From a virus, in the IMG/VR virus record IMGVR_UViG_3300024520_000050, positions 114,401 to 178,400 of that record: DNA of 64,000 bases; one strand, given 5' to 3'. The translations under genes and the position numbers were made by a program. A model generated the notes under the pieces. That model saw nothing but the letters and a program-made list of their open reading frames with translations, was not told the DNA's origin and did not search any database. Each line of letters starts with the position of its first letter. The first letter of the stretch is position 1. Positions 1 through 9,613 of this stretch are shown one piece after another.

Positions 1-1526
1 TCTTCTAATCCTTCTGATGCTGTTACAAGTTCACTTCTTAAAAATAAATCATCTCCTAATTGCTCTACTAAAGTTTCAGCACTTTTCGTTTCAAATGTAG
101 GATTGCCATTTTCATCAGGCTCACCAGGAAGTTTAATCATACCATCTTTAGCATCAAAATTTTCATAATTAGCCGTTGTTGTATTCTCCCAACCTTTAGT
201 TTTATCATTTTTCTTAAAGAATATAACAGCTGAATTAGATTTATAATCTTCTCCTACTGCACCTAAACTTTGTAATTCACCTTCACCTTCAGGAATGTCA
301 GCTGTACCACCCCCTTCGCCACGATTAGTAGTACTCATAACAGAATTTACCAATGCATGATTATTATCTATAGTTGTATAAGAAAATCCATCAGTTTGTA
401 AGTCTGCAGTAACTCCCACTAAATCAGCTTCTGCATGAATATTTCTATATTTATCTATCATATCACTTTCTTGTGATTTTGTACCATCAACTCCATGACT
501 AGAAATAGAACTAGTATATGTCCTAACAACAGGTGGTCTTGATTCTGTGTCTGTTCCTGCTCCGTTATTTCCACTTTTAGCAGGTCTTTCTGCTTGATCA
601 GAATTTTGAGCCATTTTTTGTCTAGTAACATCTGTAGTGTGTAAATCAGTTTTTTCAGATTGACCATATGTAAATATAAGATCTTGAGTTTTCTGACGAG
701 CATAATCTATTGCTTCTTGTTCACTTTTACCTAATTTATACAATGCATGATCTTTTTGAAGTCTATAATATTGACTTCCTTCACTATCTTTAATAAATCC
801 ATCTAATGCACCTTTAATAATATGATCTACTTGAGTCCAATTATCTGAATCTTTTTTAGAATGTTTTTGCCAATATGCAACCCAATCAGGGACAGAAGTT
901 CCATCTGCTAATTTCTTATCAGGTAGTTTTGTAAAGTTAGGATCTTTTGCATACCATGACTTACCACTTATTGTTTTACCTATTTCATCGAATAATCTTT
1001 TAGCTGCTTGGGAATGATCCAAAGTTTTTTCCATTCCCCAATTACCAGTAAATTTACGAGCAGAACCATCATCTAAACGTAATGAACCACTTAAAGGATT
1101 ATAAGTTGGATCGCCAAAATAAGATACTGTACCATTTGCTGATTCTATTTTTTGTTTAATCATAATAGCTTCATCTGCATTTCTTTTAGCTTCAGATAAT
1201 ATTCTAAAATCTGTTTTTCCTGCCCATTCAGTTGCTAATGTTTGAAATTGATCTCTATTTATGCTAGAATAATCTCTATCAGCTGCATCAACCATTGATG
1301 ATACATCTGTACTAAAACCTTTTTCTAATTGTTGTGCTAACTCAAAATCATCATTATGATCACGAGTTTGTTTTAACATGGCTGCTTTACTTTTAGCTAT
1401 CATGTCTCTTAGTTCATTAGCGCGAGTATCCCTCGCGACAATGCCCTCTTTCATACTTGTTATGTCTTCGACATATGGAGTTACTTCACTTACTTTAGCT
1501 GATGTTACACCTTTAATTATTGCCAT
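1..1526 (-). CDS. Large hypothetical protein (>508 aa), truncated by the left edge; possibly virion-associated
   Basis: Manually translated open frame from ATG at 1526 (MAIIKGVTSAKVSEVTPYVEDITSMKEG...) with no stop before position 1. It is missing from the ORF track because it runs off the edge. The virion role is a guess. Confidence 0.75.
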   Translation of the reverse strand, partial: MAIIKGVTSAKVSEVTPYVEDITSMKEGIVARDTRANELRDMIAKSKAAMLKQTRDHNDDFELAQQLEKGFSTDVSSMVDAADRDYSSINRDQFQTLATEWAGKTDFRILSEAKRNADEAIMIKQKIESANGTVSYFGDPTYNPLSGSLRLDDGSARKFTGNWGMEKTLDHSQAAKRLFDEIGKTISGKSWYAKDPNFTKLPDKKLADGTSVPDWVAYWQKHSKKDSDNWTQVDHIIKGALDGFIKDSEGSQYYRLQKDHALYKLGKSEQEAIDYARQKTQDLIFTYGQSEKTDLHTTDVTRQKMAQNSDQAERPAKSGNNGAGTDTESRPPVVRTYTSSISSHGVDGTKSQESDMIDKYRNIHAEADLVGVTADLQTDGFSYTTIDNNHALVNSVMSTTNRGEGGGTADIPEGEGELQSLGAVGEDYKSNSAVIFFKKNDKTKGWENTTTANYENFDAKDGMIKLPGEPDENGNPTFETKSAETLVEQLGDDLFLRSELVTASEGLE

Positions 1527-1586
1527 TATTGTATATTATATAAAAAATAAAGTATTATTTTTGCTTAGTTACTATTTGTAACTTTA

Positions 1587-1594
1587 CAAATATA
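1587..1594 (-). promoter_or_regulatory. Bacteroidota-type -7 promoter element (TATATTTG)
   Basis: Matches TAnnTTTG upstream of the 1526 start. The same 13-mer TTACAAATATAAT (+ strand) recurs at about 36914-36926, upstream of an HNH gene. Confidence 0.4.
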
Positions 1595-1654
1595 ATACTT
1601 TACCTTATAATTATCGAAACAATAGCTTAAAAACGTACGAATCCTTTACTTAGC

Positions 1655-2230
1655 CTAAGTTGACTTAATAATAGGTGTGTTTCGCCTTGTATATTCGCTA
1701 AGAAAGTTTTGTGCAATCTCCACCATTGATGAAGTATGCCTATCTCCTTTAAATTTATTTACTTGATCACATACAACTTGTACGTTGTCCATTGTGTATC
1801 CACCACTTGGAGCTATTTGATCCAATGATGGACTATGTGGATGTACTCGTTTATATTCTGATCTCCGTGAATAAGGTTTAATAAAGAAAGATGTTGTTGT
1901 GATTTCACACATTCCATTCTTTAATTTATTAATTACCCATTCTTCTGTTAAGTCAAAATCATTTCCTCGTGCTTTAGCTCGTGCTTTAGCTCCTGCAATT
2001 AATGTTCTAGCTCTATACTTAATTGGATTTGCTAGAGCCCATATTTCCATCTTCTTACGTCGTTTTTCTCTCTTTTGATCTTGTACTATTAAATCATCTA
2101 CATAACGCTTAATACTAGCTTTAGATCGTCTCCTAAGACCTGCAAAGTTAATAATTTGCTGTATCTCTACGATTGTTGCTGATATGTATGCACTCTTTAT
2201 GATTTCTTTTGTCTTTTTACAATATCTCAT
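1655..2230 (-). CDS. HNH-like (His-Me finger) endonuclease, putative free-standing homing endonuclease
   Basis: AKARAK...FDLT..W, C, SPSLDQI..SGGYTMDNVQVVC..VNKFK pattern. Confidence 0.7.
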   Translation of the reverse strand: MRYCKKTKEIIKSAYISATIVEIQQIINFAGLRRRSKASIKRYVDDLIVQDQKREKRRKKMEIWALANPIKYRARTLIAGAKARAKARGNDFDLTEEWVINKLKNGMCEITTTSFFIKPYSRRSEYKRVHPHSPSLDQIAPSGGYTMDNVQVVCDQVNKFKGDRHTSSMVEIAQNFLSEYTRRNTPIIKST

Positions 2231-2263
2231 ATTATATTTATGAGTTAGACAATATTCGTTATT

Positions 2264-2740
2264 TTATTTTCCTGTACTTCCGAATCCACCTTCACGATCT
2301 GAATTATATTTTAATTCTTCTACTTCTATCCAATCAGTTTGTTCAACTTTAGTTGCAAACACTTGACCTACTCTATCTCCTATTTCATAAGGGAAATCAT
2401 GATATGTCAATTTGTATTCGTCATTTCTTTTTTCATGGAAAGCTTTAATAATTCCACTAGGAATACATGTAAATCTCATTTGATATTCACCAGGATAATC
2501 TGCATCACCTTGGCCTGGACTATTGTTCATAACCCAATTAGTTTTAGTTAAACTACTTCTTGGTACTAATTCTAGTTTATAATCATCAGGTAACTTAGCT
2601 GCAAAACCTAATTTGCAATATACTTTACTTGGTGATTTATATTCTATTTCAGTCACAACCACATCAAAACCACAAGCTAACTTAGTTGCTTTTGTTGGTA
2701 TTTTAAATAGAGGGTGTAATCTTTTAAATTCAATTTTCAT
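2264..2740 (-). CDS. dut: dUTPase (trimeric)
   Basis: Motifs GFDV, PRSS, GQGDADYPGE, GDRVGQ and C-terminal REGGFGSTG. Confidence 0.95.
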   Translation of the reverse strand: MKIEFKRLHPLFKIPTKATKLACGFDVVVTEIEYKSPSKVYCKLGFAAKLPDDYKLELVPRSSLTKTNWVMNNSPGQGDADYPGEYQMRFTCIPSGIIKAFHEKRNDEYKLTYHDFPYEIGDRVGQVFATKVEQTDWIEVEELKYNSDREGGFGSTGK

Positions 2741-3363
2741 TATTTTGTATTATTATAAAATTCAACTAAAAATTCATCCATATAAGTACTTGGTATTTTC
2801 AATCTATATTTTAGATCGTTACAAGCAACTCTAAAATTATATTTAGTATTACTAACATGCCAATTACCAGGACCTATGTTATTATTAGATAATAGTAGTC
2901 TTGTACCATTATTTTTATTGATTAACAACCATGGAATCCATTTATCTTCTAACATTGCATCGCCAATTAATGTAATAGCTAACTTAACTTTTACTTTATC
3001 CATAGTCTTCAATAAGTCTATAATTTGACGTGAGTATTCACTCATATCTCTACTATTTACATTCTTAAGTAATAAAGCAAATTCATTTGGATTATATATA
3101 TTAGATTGACCTATTTTACGATATTGATTATCTTCTACTGATGTATAAGATTTAGGATAATTAAATATCCCACCCCTCCATGTCTTTGTAATGATTCTAG
3201 TTACATCAGGACTATATTTAATAGTCCATTTCATTTTCAAATCATCTAACATCTTTTTAACAGTAGTCTTATTATATGCTCCTGTAAAAGCACCATGTAA
3301 CCAAATTAATTGATCATCTTCAAACCAATCTTCAGTTAACTTTTGTTTCTGTTTATTTATCAT
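2740..3363 (-). CDS. Hypothetical protein with possible BRCT-like N-terminus
   Basis: IWLHGAFTGAYNKTTVKKMLDDLKMKWTIKYSPDVTRIIT resembles the BRCT pattern (hhhTG.f...r..l..li...G.k....vs..t..li). Confidence 0.4.
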   Translation of the reverse strand: MINKQKQKLTEDWFEDDQLIWLHGAFTGAYNKTTVKKMLDDLKMKWTIKYSPDVTRIITKTWRGGIFNYPKSYTSVEDNQYRKIGQSNIYNPNEFALLLKNVNSRDMSEYSRQIIDLLKTMDKVKVKLAITLIGDAMLEDKWIPWLLINKNNGTRLLLSNNNIGPGNWHVSNTKYNFRVACNDLKYRLKIPSTYMDEFLVEFYNNTK

Positions 3364-3749
3364 AGTACATTTTGCTCAACTAATAATTCTCGTATTTTTA
3401 TCCAATCAACATAAGGTCTATGATCATCATCTCCTTGTAATAATGGACATCCTAATGCCGCATCATCAATATAAAGACTACCATAACATTTTGGACTCTC
3501 TGTCCACTTCCATTGCATTGGGTTTCGTTGTACTCCACTTAATTTAATATCATTATCTTTAAACCATTGTACTGCATCTTGTAAATACATAATACCATCC
3601 TTATTAGATCGCATTGTAAACAAAAGTAAATGATGTCCTGCTTCTACTAATTCTTGGAGTACTTCAACAGAATTAGGAATAGTTATACTTACTGATAATG
3701 GCTTGGTATGCTTTACACACGTTCCATCCATATCTACACATATATACAT
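3360..3749 (-). CDS. HAD-superfamily phosphatase-like protein
   Basis: Motif I DMDGT, motif II FTMRS, motif IV YIDD. Confidence 0.8.
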   Translation of the reverse strand: MYICVDMDGTCVKHTKPLSVSITIPNSVEVLQELVEAGHHLLLFTMRSNKDGIMYLQDAVQWFKDNDIKLSGVQRNPMQWKWTESPKCYGSLYIDDAALGCPLLQGDDDHRPYVDWIKIRELLVEQNVL

Positions 3750-3753
3750 ATAT

Positions 3754-3939
3754 TTATTTTAATTTAACTACATATTCGGTTGGTCTAGCTAATATTGTAC
3801 GATTAGCCGTATGTTCTATTCTAAATCCACGAGGTGTGAATGCCTTGACTATTCCTTTTTGTAAACTTCTAATTCTTGGGGCAATAAAAGTAACAGTATC
3901 ACCTATTACTACTTCTTGTCCTATTGCATCTTTATTCAT
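3754..3939 (-). CDS. Small hypothetical protein (SH3/KOW-like)
   Basis: ORF in a contiguous operon; DAIGQEVVIGDTV start is typical of phage SH3-like proteins. Confidence 0.5.
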   Translation of the reverse strand: MNKDAIGQEVVIGDTVTFIAPRIRSLQKGIVKAFTPRGFRIEHTANRTILARPTEYVVKLK

Positions 3940-4069
3940 TTTCTTTTGTTATTTTTACTATTCCAATACTATCAAAAAATATGTGTGTTGCTTCATCTTT
4001 ATTATCCGCTTCTATTTCAATCCAATATCTATCCTCTCCTACGTAATAATGTACTATAAATGTTTTCAT
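3932..4069 (-). CDS. Small hypothetical protein (45 aa)
   Basis: Manually translated MKTFIVHYYVGEDRYWIEIEADNKDEA...; fills the gap with overlapping start/stop. Confidence 0.6.
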   Translation of the reverse strand: MKTFIVHYYVGEDRYWIEIEADNKDEATHIFFDSIGIVKITKENE

Positions 4070-4638
4070 TATCCATAATGTTTATTCCTATCATCAATAC
4101 TACATCCAATAATGTCATTATCTAATAACATCAGTAAACACGATATAGCATGTGCTAGGTGATTTAAATTTGATTCTACATCAATGTCTTCATTCAATAA
4201 ATATCGATTGATATGACGTTGTGCAGCATCGGTATACGTTGTTTTATTTGCTCCTTTTGAGAAGTTATATGCATTGTATTTCTTAGCTCCGTAACTAAAT
4301 ACGTTTGCTACTTCTACAATTGCATTCTGTGGAATTAGAGAAAGACGAGGTTTTTCAACCCCATCTTTACTATATTCTTTCATTGCTTTTTCTTCAGGAG
4401 GATTCTCATCTAGGAATTTACTTAAAGAGTCAGTTGTAATAGTAGTTGTAAAATCATGCGTATTCGCACCAACCTTAAGTATTTGCTCTACGGTTACTTT
4501 TACTTCATCTCCCAAACGATCGAAAGTTAAAGTTCCATACACTTCATCAGTATTTATTACTTCTCCATTCCCGTAAACGGTTTGTACCCATTCTCCTTTT
4601 TTAATAGTGAATTCCTCACCATCTAATCTTATTTTCAT
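4069..4638 (-). CDS. dATP/dGTP diphosphohydrolase-domain protein (DUF5664)
   Basis: KPRLSLIP, V..VF.YGAKKY...NF.KG, AAQRH, DVESNLNHLAHA. Confidence 0.85.
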   Translation of the reverse strand: MKIRLDGEEFTIKKGEWVQTVYGNGEVINTDEVYGTLTFDRLGDEVKVTVEQILKVGANTHDFTTTITTDSLSKFLDENPPEEKAMKEYSKDGVEKPRLSLIPQNAIVEVANVFSYGAKKYNAYNFSKGANKTTYTDAAQRHINRYLLNEDIDVESNLNHLAHAISCLLMLLDNDIIGCSIDDRNKHYG

Positions 4639-5315
4639 GCTGATATTAATTCATCAGTAAATCTTAATGTTTCTTGTTCGACGTAATACTTACTATCAAA
4701 TTCTTGTCTTGCCATGACATCAATAGTACTACTGTCTGTTATATTAAATTTATCTATAAGTCTATTCAACATCTCATCACTTCTGAGAAGAATATGAATA
4801 GAATCATCAAACTCATCTAATTTTGTTTCAGGATTCCACGCAGTATAAATAGCTTGAACTGTAGAGTTATTAACAATTGACTTACGTTCTTGCTCTTGAT
4901 ACATTTCACTATAATTAGATTCAATCATTTTTATAACCCGTTGTTTAATGGTTACTTTAAATCTAATTACTGCTATATTTGAATTAATATCTTGGTATTG
5001 ATAACAATCGATAAATCGTTTATGATCTCTCAATACGTCTAATTGATATTTAAATCGTGGATTTCTTGTATCACAAGTGATAAAGAATATAAAATTAGGT
5101 TCTTCTTGTTCAACTTCTGCATTGATACTATAATCTTTAATGTTTTCATCATCAACATAAACATTCAACGGTTTAAAAGTTTCAGCCAAATTAGGCTCTA
5201 ACTTCTGAACTGCTTCCTGAATAGCTAATGGAAAATATAAAGACTGTTCAATAAAGAAAATGTACTTTGCAAACTTAGTTAAGTCTACATTTTTAATATC
5301 TGTATTTATTGTCAT
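4635..5315 (-). CDS. Hypothetical protein
   Basis: 226-aa ORF overlapping its neighbours by 4 nt; no motif recognised. Confidence 0.6.
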   Translation of the reverse strand: MTINTDIKNVDLTKFAKYIFFIEQSLYFPLAIQEAVQKLEPNLAETFKPLNVYVDDENIKDYSINAEVEQEEPNFIFFITCDTRNPRFKYQLDVLRDHKRFIDCYQYQDINSNIAVIRFKVTIKQRVIKMIESNYSEMYQEQERKSIVNNSTVQAIYTAWNPETKLDEFDDSIHILLRSDEMLNRLIDKFNITDSSTIDVMARQEFDSKYYVEQETLRFTDELISA

Positions 5316-5321
5316 TAATTC

Positions 5322-6092
5322 TTAGAAATTTAATTCTGAAAACTTTATTGGTTTCGGTGTTACCAAGCTCTCATTATGTGTCAGAATCCAACTCAATCTG
5401 AATCCTTCTTCGAGCTTTTTAATACCTTCTTCAATACCATAACGATCAACAAATAATTGAGTACAGACTTGTTTCATTTCCTCTTCTGTTGTCAAGTTTT
5501 TAAGTACATCATAAGTACTCACATCTCCCATTCCTTCCACTCCTTTGTAGTTCTCTTTCGGACTACCTTTTAACAATTGTGCATACGTTTGGAAATATCC
5601 AGTTGCATGTATTTTATTCTTACTAGTTAATGATATTTTTCCAGGATATCTAATAACTGTTGTTTTATTCGTCTTTATGTTATAATATATTCCTGGTGTA
5701 GCAAGATAGTCTCTATCATTTGCACACATTATAACATTATTTAATCTTGTAGCTAATATAGAAATAACGTCATCATTTTCCACACCCAAATAAGTTGTTG
5801 CTTTAAATGTAGAATTTATCTCACGAAAGCAATCGCTTAGGTAAGGTAAATAACTAGCTATTAATGCTTTCTTTTCAGGTGTACGACGTTGCCCTTTATA
5901 CTCATGACTTACCGCTATATCATTTCTAAAGTTACTATTACTATCCTCTGAGATGAAATTAAATTCATCTGTTTGAAACTGCTTGCATAGACTACCAAGA
6001 TGTTCATAAATAGTCTCTCGGCAATTCTTCTTGTTTCCATGTATAAAAGCCATTGAACTACTATCTATAGCTAATCTTGTTGTCTCTAACAT
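5322..6092 (-). CDS. 5'-3' exonuclease / RNase H (T7 gp6/PolA N-terminal family)
   Basis: AIDSS, YKGQR, ENDDVI, NDRDY, H3TH ENYKGVEGMG. Confidence 0.85.
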   Translation of the reverse strand: MLETTRLAIDSSSMAFIHGNKKNCRETIYEHLGSLCKQFQTDEFNFISEDSNSNFRNDIAVSHEYKGQRRTPEKKALIASYLPYLSDCFREINSTFKATTYLGVENDDVISILATRLNNVIMCANDRDYLATPGIYYNIKTNKTTVIRYPGKISLTSKNKIHATGYFQTYAQLLKGSPKENYKGVEGMGDVSTYDVLKNLTTEEEMKQVCTQLFVDRYGIEEGIKKLEEGFRLSWILTHNESLVTPKPIKFSELNF

Positions 6093-6721
6093 AAAAATTG
6101 TTTTACTGTTGTTACTTTATATTTTAATTTAGAATCACCTTTGGTCCACTTAACCTTTCCGGTTTTGCGGTCCAATGTTGTCTTCTTGTACACACTTTCC
6201 ACGATCATAGACCTTGGTGTGAATGTCTTCAAAAACAGTGTCTCTTTCTTCGGTTTAGTTGCATAAGGTATAACCTTTTGCACATAAATATTGAATCGTT
6301 GACACATTAATGACTGACGATCAGGGAATGTAGCTGAACTAGTAAGTCCGCGCCCAAACGCTCCCTTGACATCAATGTATATAACACCTCTATTGTTATT
6401 ACAATAAAAGAAAGGGCGACCTTCATAGCCGCCCTTCTTATCATGATAGAGTTTCTTATATGCTTTCTTGTTAAACTTAAATATAAAGTCTGGTGTATAA
6501 TTTCGTTTCTTGGTAAGTATAAATCTTTCTTTCTTTTGTTTGGTTTTCAATTGTGCTACACGCGCGGAGCGCACTTCATTAGTAATCAAATATGTTTTCT
6601 TTTCAGACCATATCCAATCTATATAACCTTGGTCATATAATTCAACCAACCAATCATAGAAGTATCTTTCTTCATCAGAATCGAAATTAAAGTTTATTTT
6701 ACTCTGTAATTTATTATTCAT
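6086..6721 (-). CDS. PD-(D/E)xK endonuclease, possible Holliday junction resolvase
   Basis: FDSDEE, YTPDF, IDVKG. Confidence 0.7.
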   Translation of the reverse strand: MNNKLQSKINFNFDSDEERYFYDWLVELYDQGYIDWIWSEKKTYLITNEVRSARVAQLKTKQKKERFILTKKRNYTPDFIFKFNKKAYKKLYHDKKGGYEGRPFFYCNNNRGVIYIDVKGAFGRGLTSSATFPDRQSLMCQRFNIYVQKVIPYATKPKKETLFLKTFTPRSMIVESVYKKTTLDRKTGKVKWTKGDSKLKYKVTTVKQFLC

Positions 6722-7835
6722 AATCTCTTACCGCGATACCAACAGCTTCAAGTGGTACTTTCTTATTTGAAAGTTTACGATACTCAACCGTAATCATTTG
6801 TCCTTTGACTTTGTCATCGAACTCGGCTGCCCATTTTTCACGTTGAGCACTTGTACCTTTCAATTTTACATGGAATTTTTCGCCGTCTTTAGTCTCACAA
6901 ATTAATGTAGACTGTAGAGCCATCTTACCTTTATTCCAGTAATGATCAATACACTTGAATTCATCAGTTACACGTGGTTTTATTTTCTTTTTACCAGATG
7001 TTCTGAAGCCAAAATCATACATAGAATTAGGGTCACAAAAGATAGTCCCTTCAAAACCTAACTCAAGTGATTCTTTATGGAATGCTATCAACTCTGCATG
7101 AGTATTAATAGGTGTTCCAACATCAACTTTAATGTTAGGTAAATTACTTACATCTAATGCAAGTAATAAACTACGACGTTGAGTGAATGTTAATCCGGGG
7201 ATTGCTATATCATAAATATGATACTCCAATTTTTCATTTGGATCATTACTCTTAACCATACTACCAATGTCTTGTAATGCTACTCCATGCAAATACAATT
7301 CACCATCGAATGTTTCATCCAATTGTTTATCATGCATTTCTGTAACAGAATCAAGAATATGTTGTAGATTAAATATTTTACCTTCACGAGATTTGTTTCT
7401 CACGAGGCCATTATAACGTTCAGCAAAGTTTCTACAACCATCATACTTTCTCTGTGCAAATCCAGGTTTAAATGGACCACTAGCTTCTTTATAAGGATTC
7501 AATAACATCGGCATGTCACTCAAATCCTTAAATGTATTGTACGTAGTAGATTTAACATAAGCTAAATTCAACTTATATCCTTTAGCAAACAATTTGGTAT
7601 GACGACTAACAAGCTCTTTCTCAGCTTGTTGCTTTGCTGTTGTAGCATTCTTCCTACCTAAATTCTTTCCTTCTCTAACTACGACTTTACTAGTCTTAGA
7701 ATTAACTTCATTGCCCACTGTTCCTGTTTCAGTGAACATAGTGTATTCATTTATACCCTTTGTCTTACGAGTATACATTTGCACATAGACTTCCTTTCCA
7801 GGTTTAGCCTTTCTATATAATTTTTTTAACTTCAT
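6714..7835 (-). CDS. lig: ATP-dependent DNA ligase (copy 1)
   Basis: Motif I QRKYDGCR, FDGELY, YDI, FEGTI, KIKP, OB fold. Confidence 0.9.
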   Translation of the reverse strand: MKLKKLYRKAKPGKEVYVQMYTRKTKGINEYTMFTETGTVGNEVNSKTSKVVVREGKNLGRKNATTAKQQAEKELVSRHTKLFAKGYKLNLAYVKSTTYNTFKDLSDMPMLLNPYKEASGPFKPGFAQRKYDGCRNFAERYNGLVRNKSREGKIFNLQHILDSVTEMHDKQLDETFDGELYLHGVALQDIGSMVKSNDPNEKLEYHIYDIAIPGLTFTQRRSLLLALDVSNLPNIKVDVGTPINTHAELIAFHKESLELGFEGTIFCDPNSMYDFGFRTSGKKKIKPRVTDEFKCIDHYWNKGKMALQSTLICETKDGEKFHVKLKGTSAQREKWAAEFDDKVKGQMITVEYRKLSNKKVPLEAVGIAVRDYE

Positions 7836-7854
7836 ATTATATTGTTTTTAATAA

Positions 7855-7886
7855 TAAAAAAGCCGATACAAATTAATGTATCGGCT
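7855..7886 (-). terminator. Rho-independent terminator
   Basis: AGCCGATACA/TGTATCGGCT 10-bp stem with a U-run on the minus strand. Confidence 0.75.
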
Positions 7887-7905
7887 ATGTTTCAATTGAG
7901 TTATA

Positions 7906-8190
7906 TTATTCACCCGGTGGATGATTTTCACTCTCTTTAATCTTTACGATTTTCCCAGTACTTACGTCCTTAATAGGATAAACTCTTTCGAATTCTGTAT
8001 CTCCTTCAATTACATATTTATACTCGGATTTTTGTAGAACAATACCTTGAAAGTATTCTCCACTTTGATCTTCTATAACTATTAACCAACGTGAATCACC
8101 TAAATCTTCTTGATATGCTAATTTAAGCACATCTGATTCTCCAGTAATTATTTTATTAATATAGTTATCATTAAGTTCTATCTTATTCAT
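7906..8190 (-). CDS. Hypothetical protein
   Basis: ORF in operon. Confidence 0.55.
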   Translation of the reverse strand: MNKIELNDNYINKIITGESDVLKLAYQEDLGDSRWLIVIEDQSGEYFQGIVLQKSEYKYVIEGDTEFERVYPIKDVSTGKIVKIKESENHPPGE

Positions 8191-8498
8191 TACGTTACGA
8201 TTGCTAAAATAGATTCCGCAAGGCTAATAAGTTCAACACGCATTTCTTCTTTCTTTTCATCAGTTAAATTAATCTCTGATTTTAGAATATCGGTAAGAAT
8301 GTCTAATTTTTCTTTCTTCAATCCTATGGCTGCAGCACGAACACGAATTAAACTAAATTCATGATTCATTCTTTCAGCTAATTCTTGCATTGTTGGAAGC
8401 TGTTCTTTTGTTTCCCCTTGTACAGGTCCTTCTACTTCAGGTTGAGGTTGTGCTGTAGTTAACGGCATCTCTTTGATTTTGTCGTCTGACATTTTCAA
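8190..8498 (-). CDS. Hypothetical protein (coiled coil)
   Basis: ORF in operon. Confidence 0.55.
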   Translation of the reverse strand: MKMSDDKIKEMPLTTAQPQPEVEGPVQGETKEQLPTMQELAERMNHEFSLIRVRAAAIGLKKEKLDILTDILKSEINLTDEKKEEMRVELISLAESILAIVT

Positions 8499-9453
8499 TT
8501 ATTGTTTTGGTATTAATTAGTCCCATTCCTTGACAGAATTCAGCTACATCTTTATAGATCCAGATGTTTTCTGTAGGAAGTATTATATTGTTTATTTGGT
8601 CTTCTTCAGCAAATTTAGTTGACATTTCAATTCCTGTTGGATCATTATCATATAAATAATAGATGTTTCTAAATCTTGATTTTAAATCCTTCATTATATG
8701 CGATGGAATACGAATACTTTCACTCTGAGGAGCTACTGCATTATAACCCATTTCCCACATACATAGCATATCTTTACCACCACTAACTATATACAAATCA
8801 TCACCAAAATGAGGAAGTTGCTTATAACCAAAGATGTTATTAATGCAAGTATTAGATTTCCATTTATTATAATCAGAATATGGTTGATATAATTTAACCT
8901 TATTAGATTTATTAAACGAATACATATAACATGGATCTGTAGATTTATATCTATATTTCAATTTAAAACTAACTGATCCAGCATTAGACATATATGAATT
9001 TACTGGTCTAGCTACTTTACTTACATTTTCAATTGTAATATGATATTGTTTCCAATAGTCAATATCATCTTGATTCCAATTCCTTAGTTTAATTTTAAAA
9101 TTAACACTTGGCTTCTTGTATTTCTTTTTTACTGAAACATCTCTTTGAGGTTTCAATACTTTCGAAACAGCATTTAATACCATATCATTATTAATTCTAA
9201 TCATTGCTTCATAGAAATTACAATCATGAATCCACATGACATATTTGAAACAATCAAAGTTGGCGTCTATTCCTCGGGCTCTATCTACAAAGATGTATTT
9301 TTGTCCATACCATTTAAAGAAACATGTTCCATTTCCATCTTGGCGCATAGGATTTTTATACATTGCTTTATTATCAGTTAGATGTTCACCCCAATAGTGT
9401 TCCATTATCTGCTTTTCTGTCGTTACTGACAGAATATCTTGTTTTAAAATCAT
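8437..9453 (-). CDS. dnaG: DNA primase (TOPRIM)
   Basis: NPMRQD..TC N-terminal region; TOPRIM YIVSGGKD...YYLYDND; KDVAE. Confidence 0.85.
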   Translation of the reverse strand: MILKQDILSVTTEKQIMEHYWGEHLTDNKAMYKNPMRQDGNGTCFFKWYGQKYIFVDRARGIDANFDCFKYVMWIHDCNFYEAMIRINNDMVLNAVSKVLKPQRDVSVKKKYKKPSVNFKIKLRNWNQDDIDYWKQYHITIENVSKVARPVNSYMSNAGSVSFKLKYRYKSTDPCYMYSFNKSNKVKLYQPYSDYNKWKSNTCINNIFGYKQLPHFGDDLYIVSGGKDMLCMWEMGYNAVAPQSESIRIPSHIMKDLKSRFRNIYYLYDNDPTGIEMSTKFAEEDQINNIILPTENIWIYKDVAEFCQGMGLINTKTIIENVRRQNQRDAVNYSTTST

Positions 9454-9613
9454 TCATTCCGTTCTATTATGTCCACACTTTTGATTATCTTAATTCTCTA
9501 CTGAATAGTTTCTCAAGATACAAAAGAAATTATACTACAGTGTAATATAATTTCTTTGCGTCTTTATACAAAACAATGGGATTCCTTTACGTAGTCCCAT
9601 TGTTTCTTATCAT

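Noticed and set aside
458-703. 81-aa minus-strand ORF from the track
   Set aside because: Alternate-frame shadow inside the long 1-1526 reading frame.
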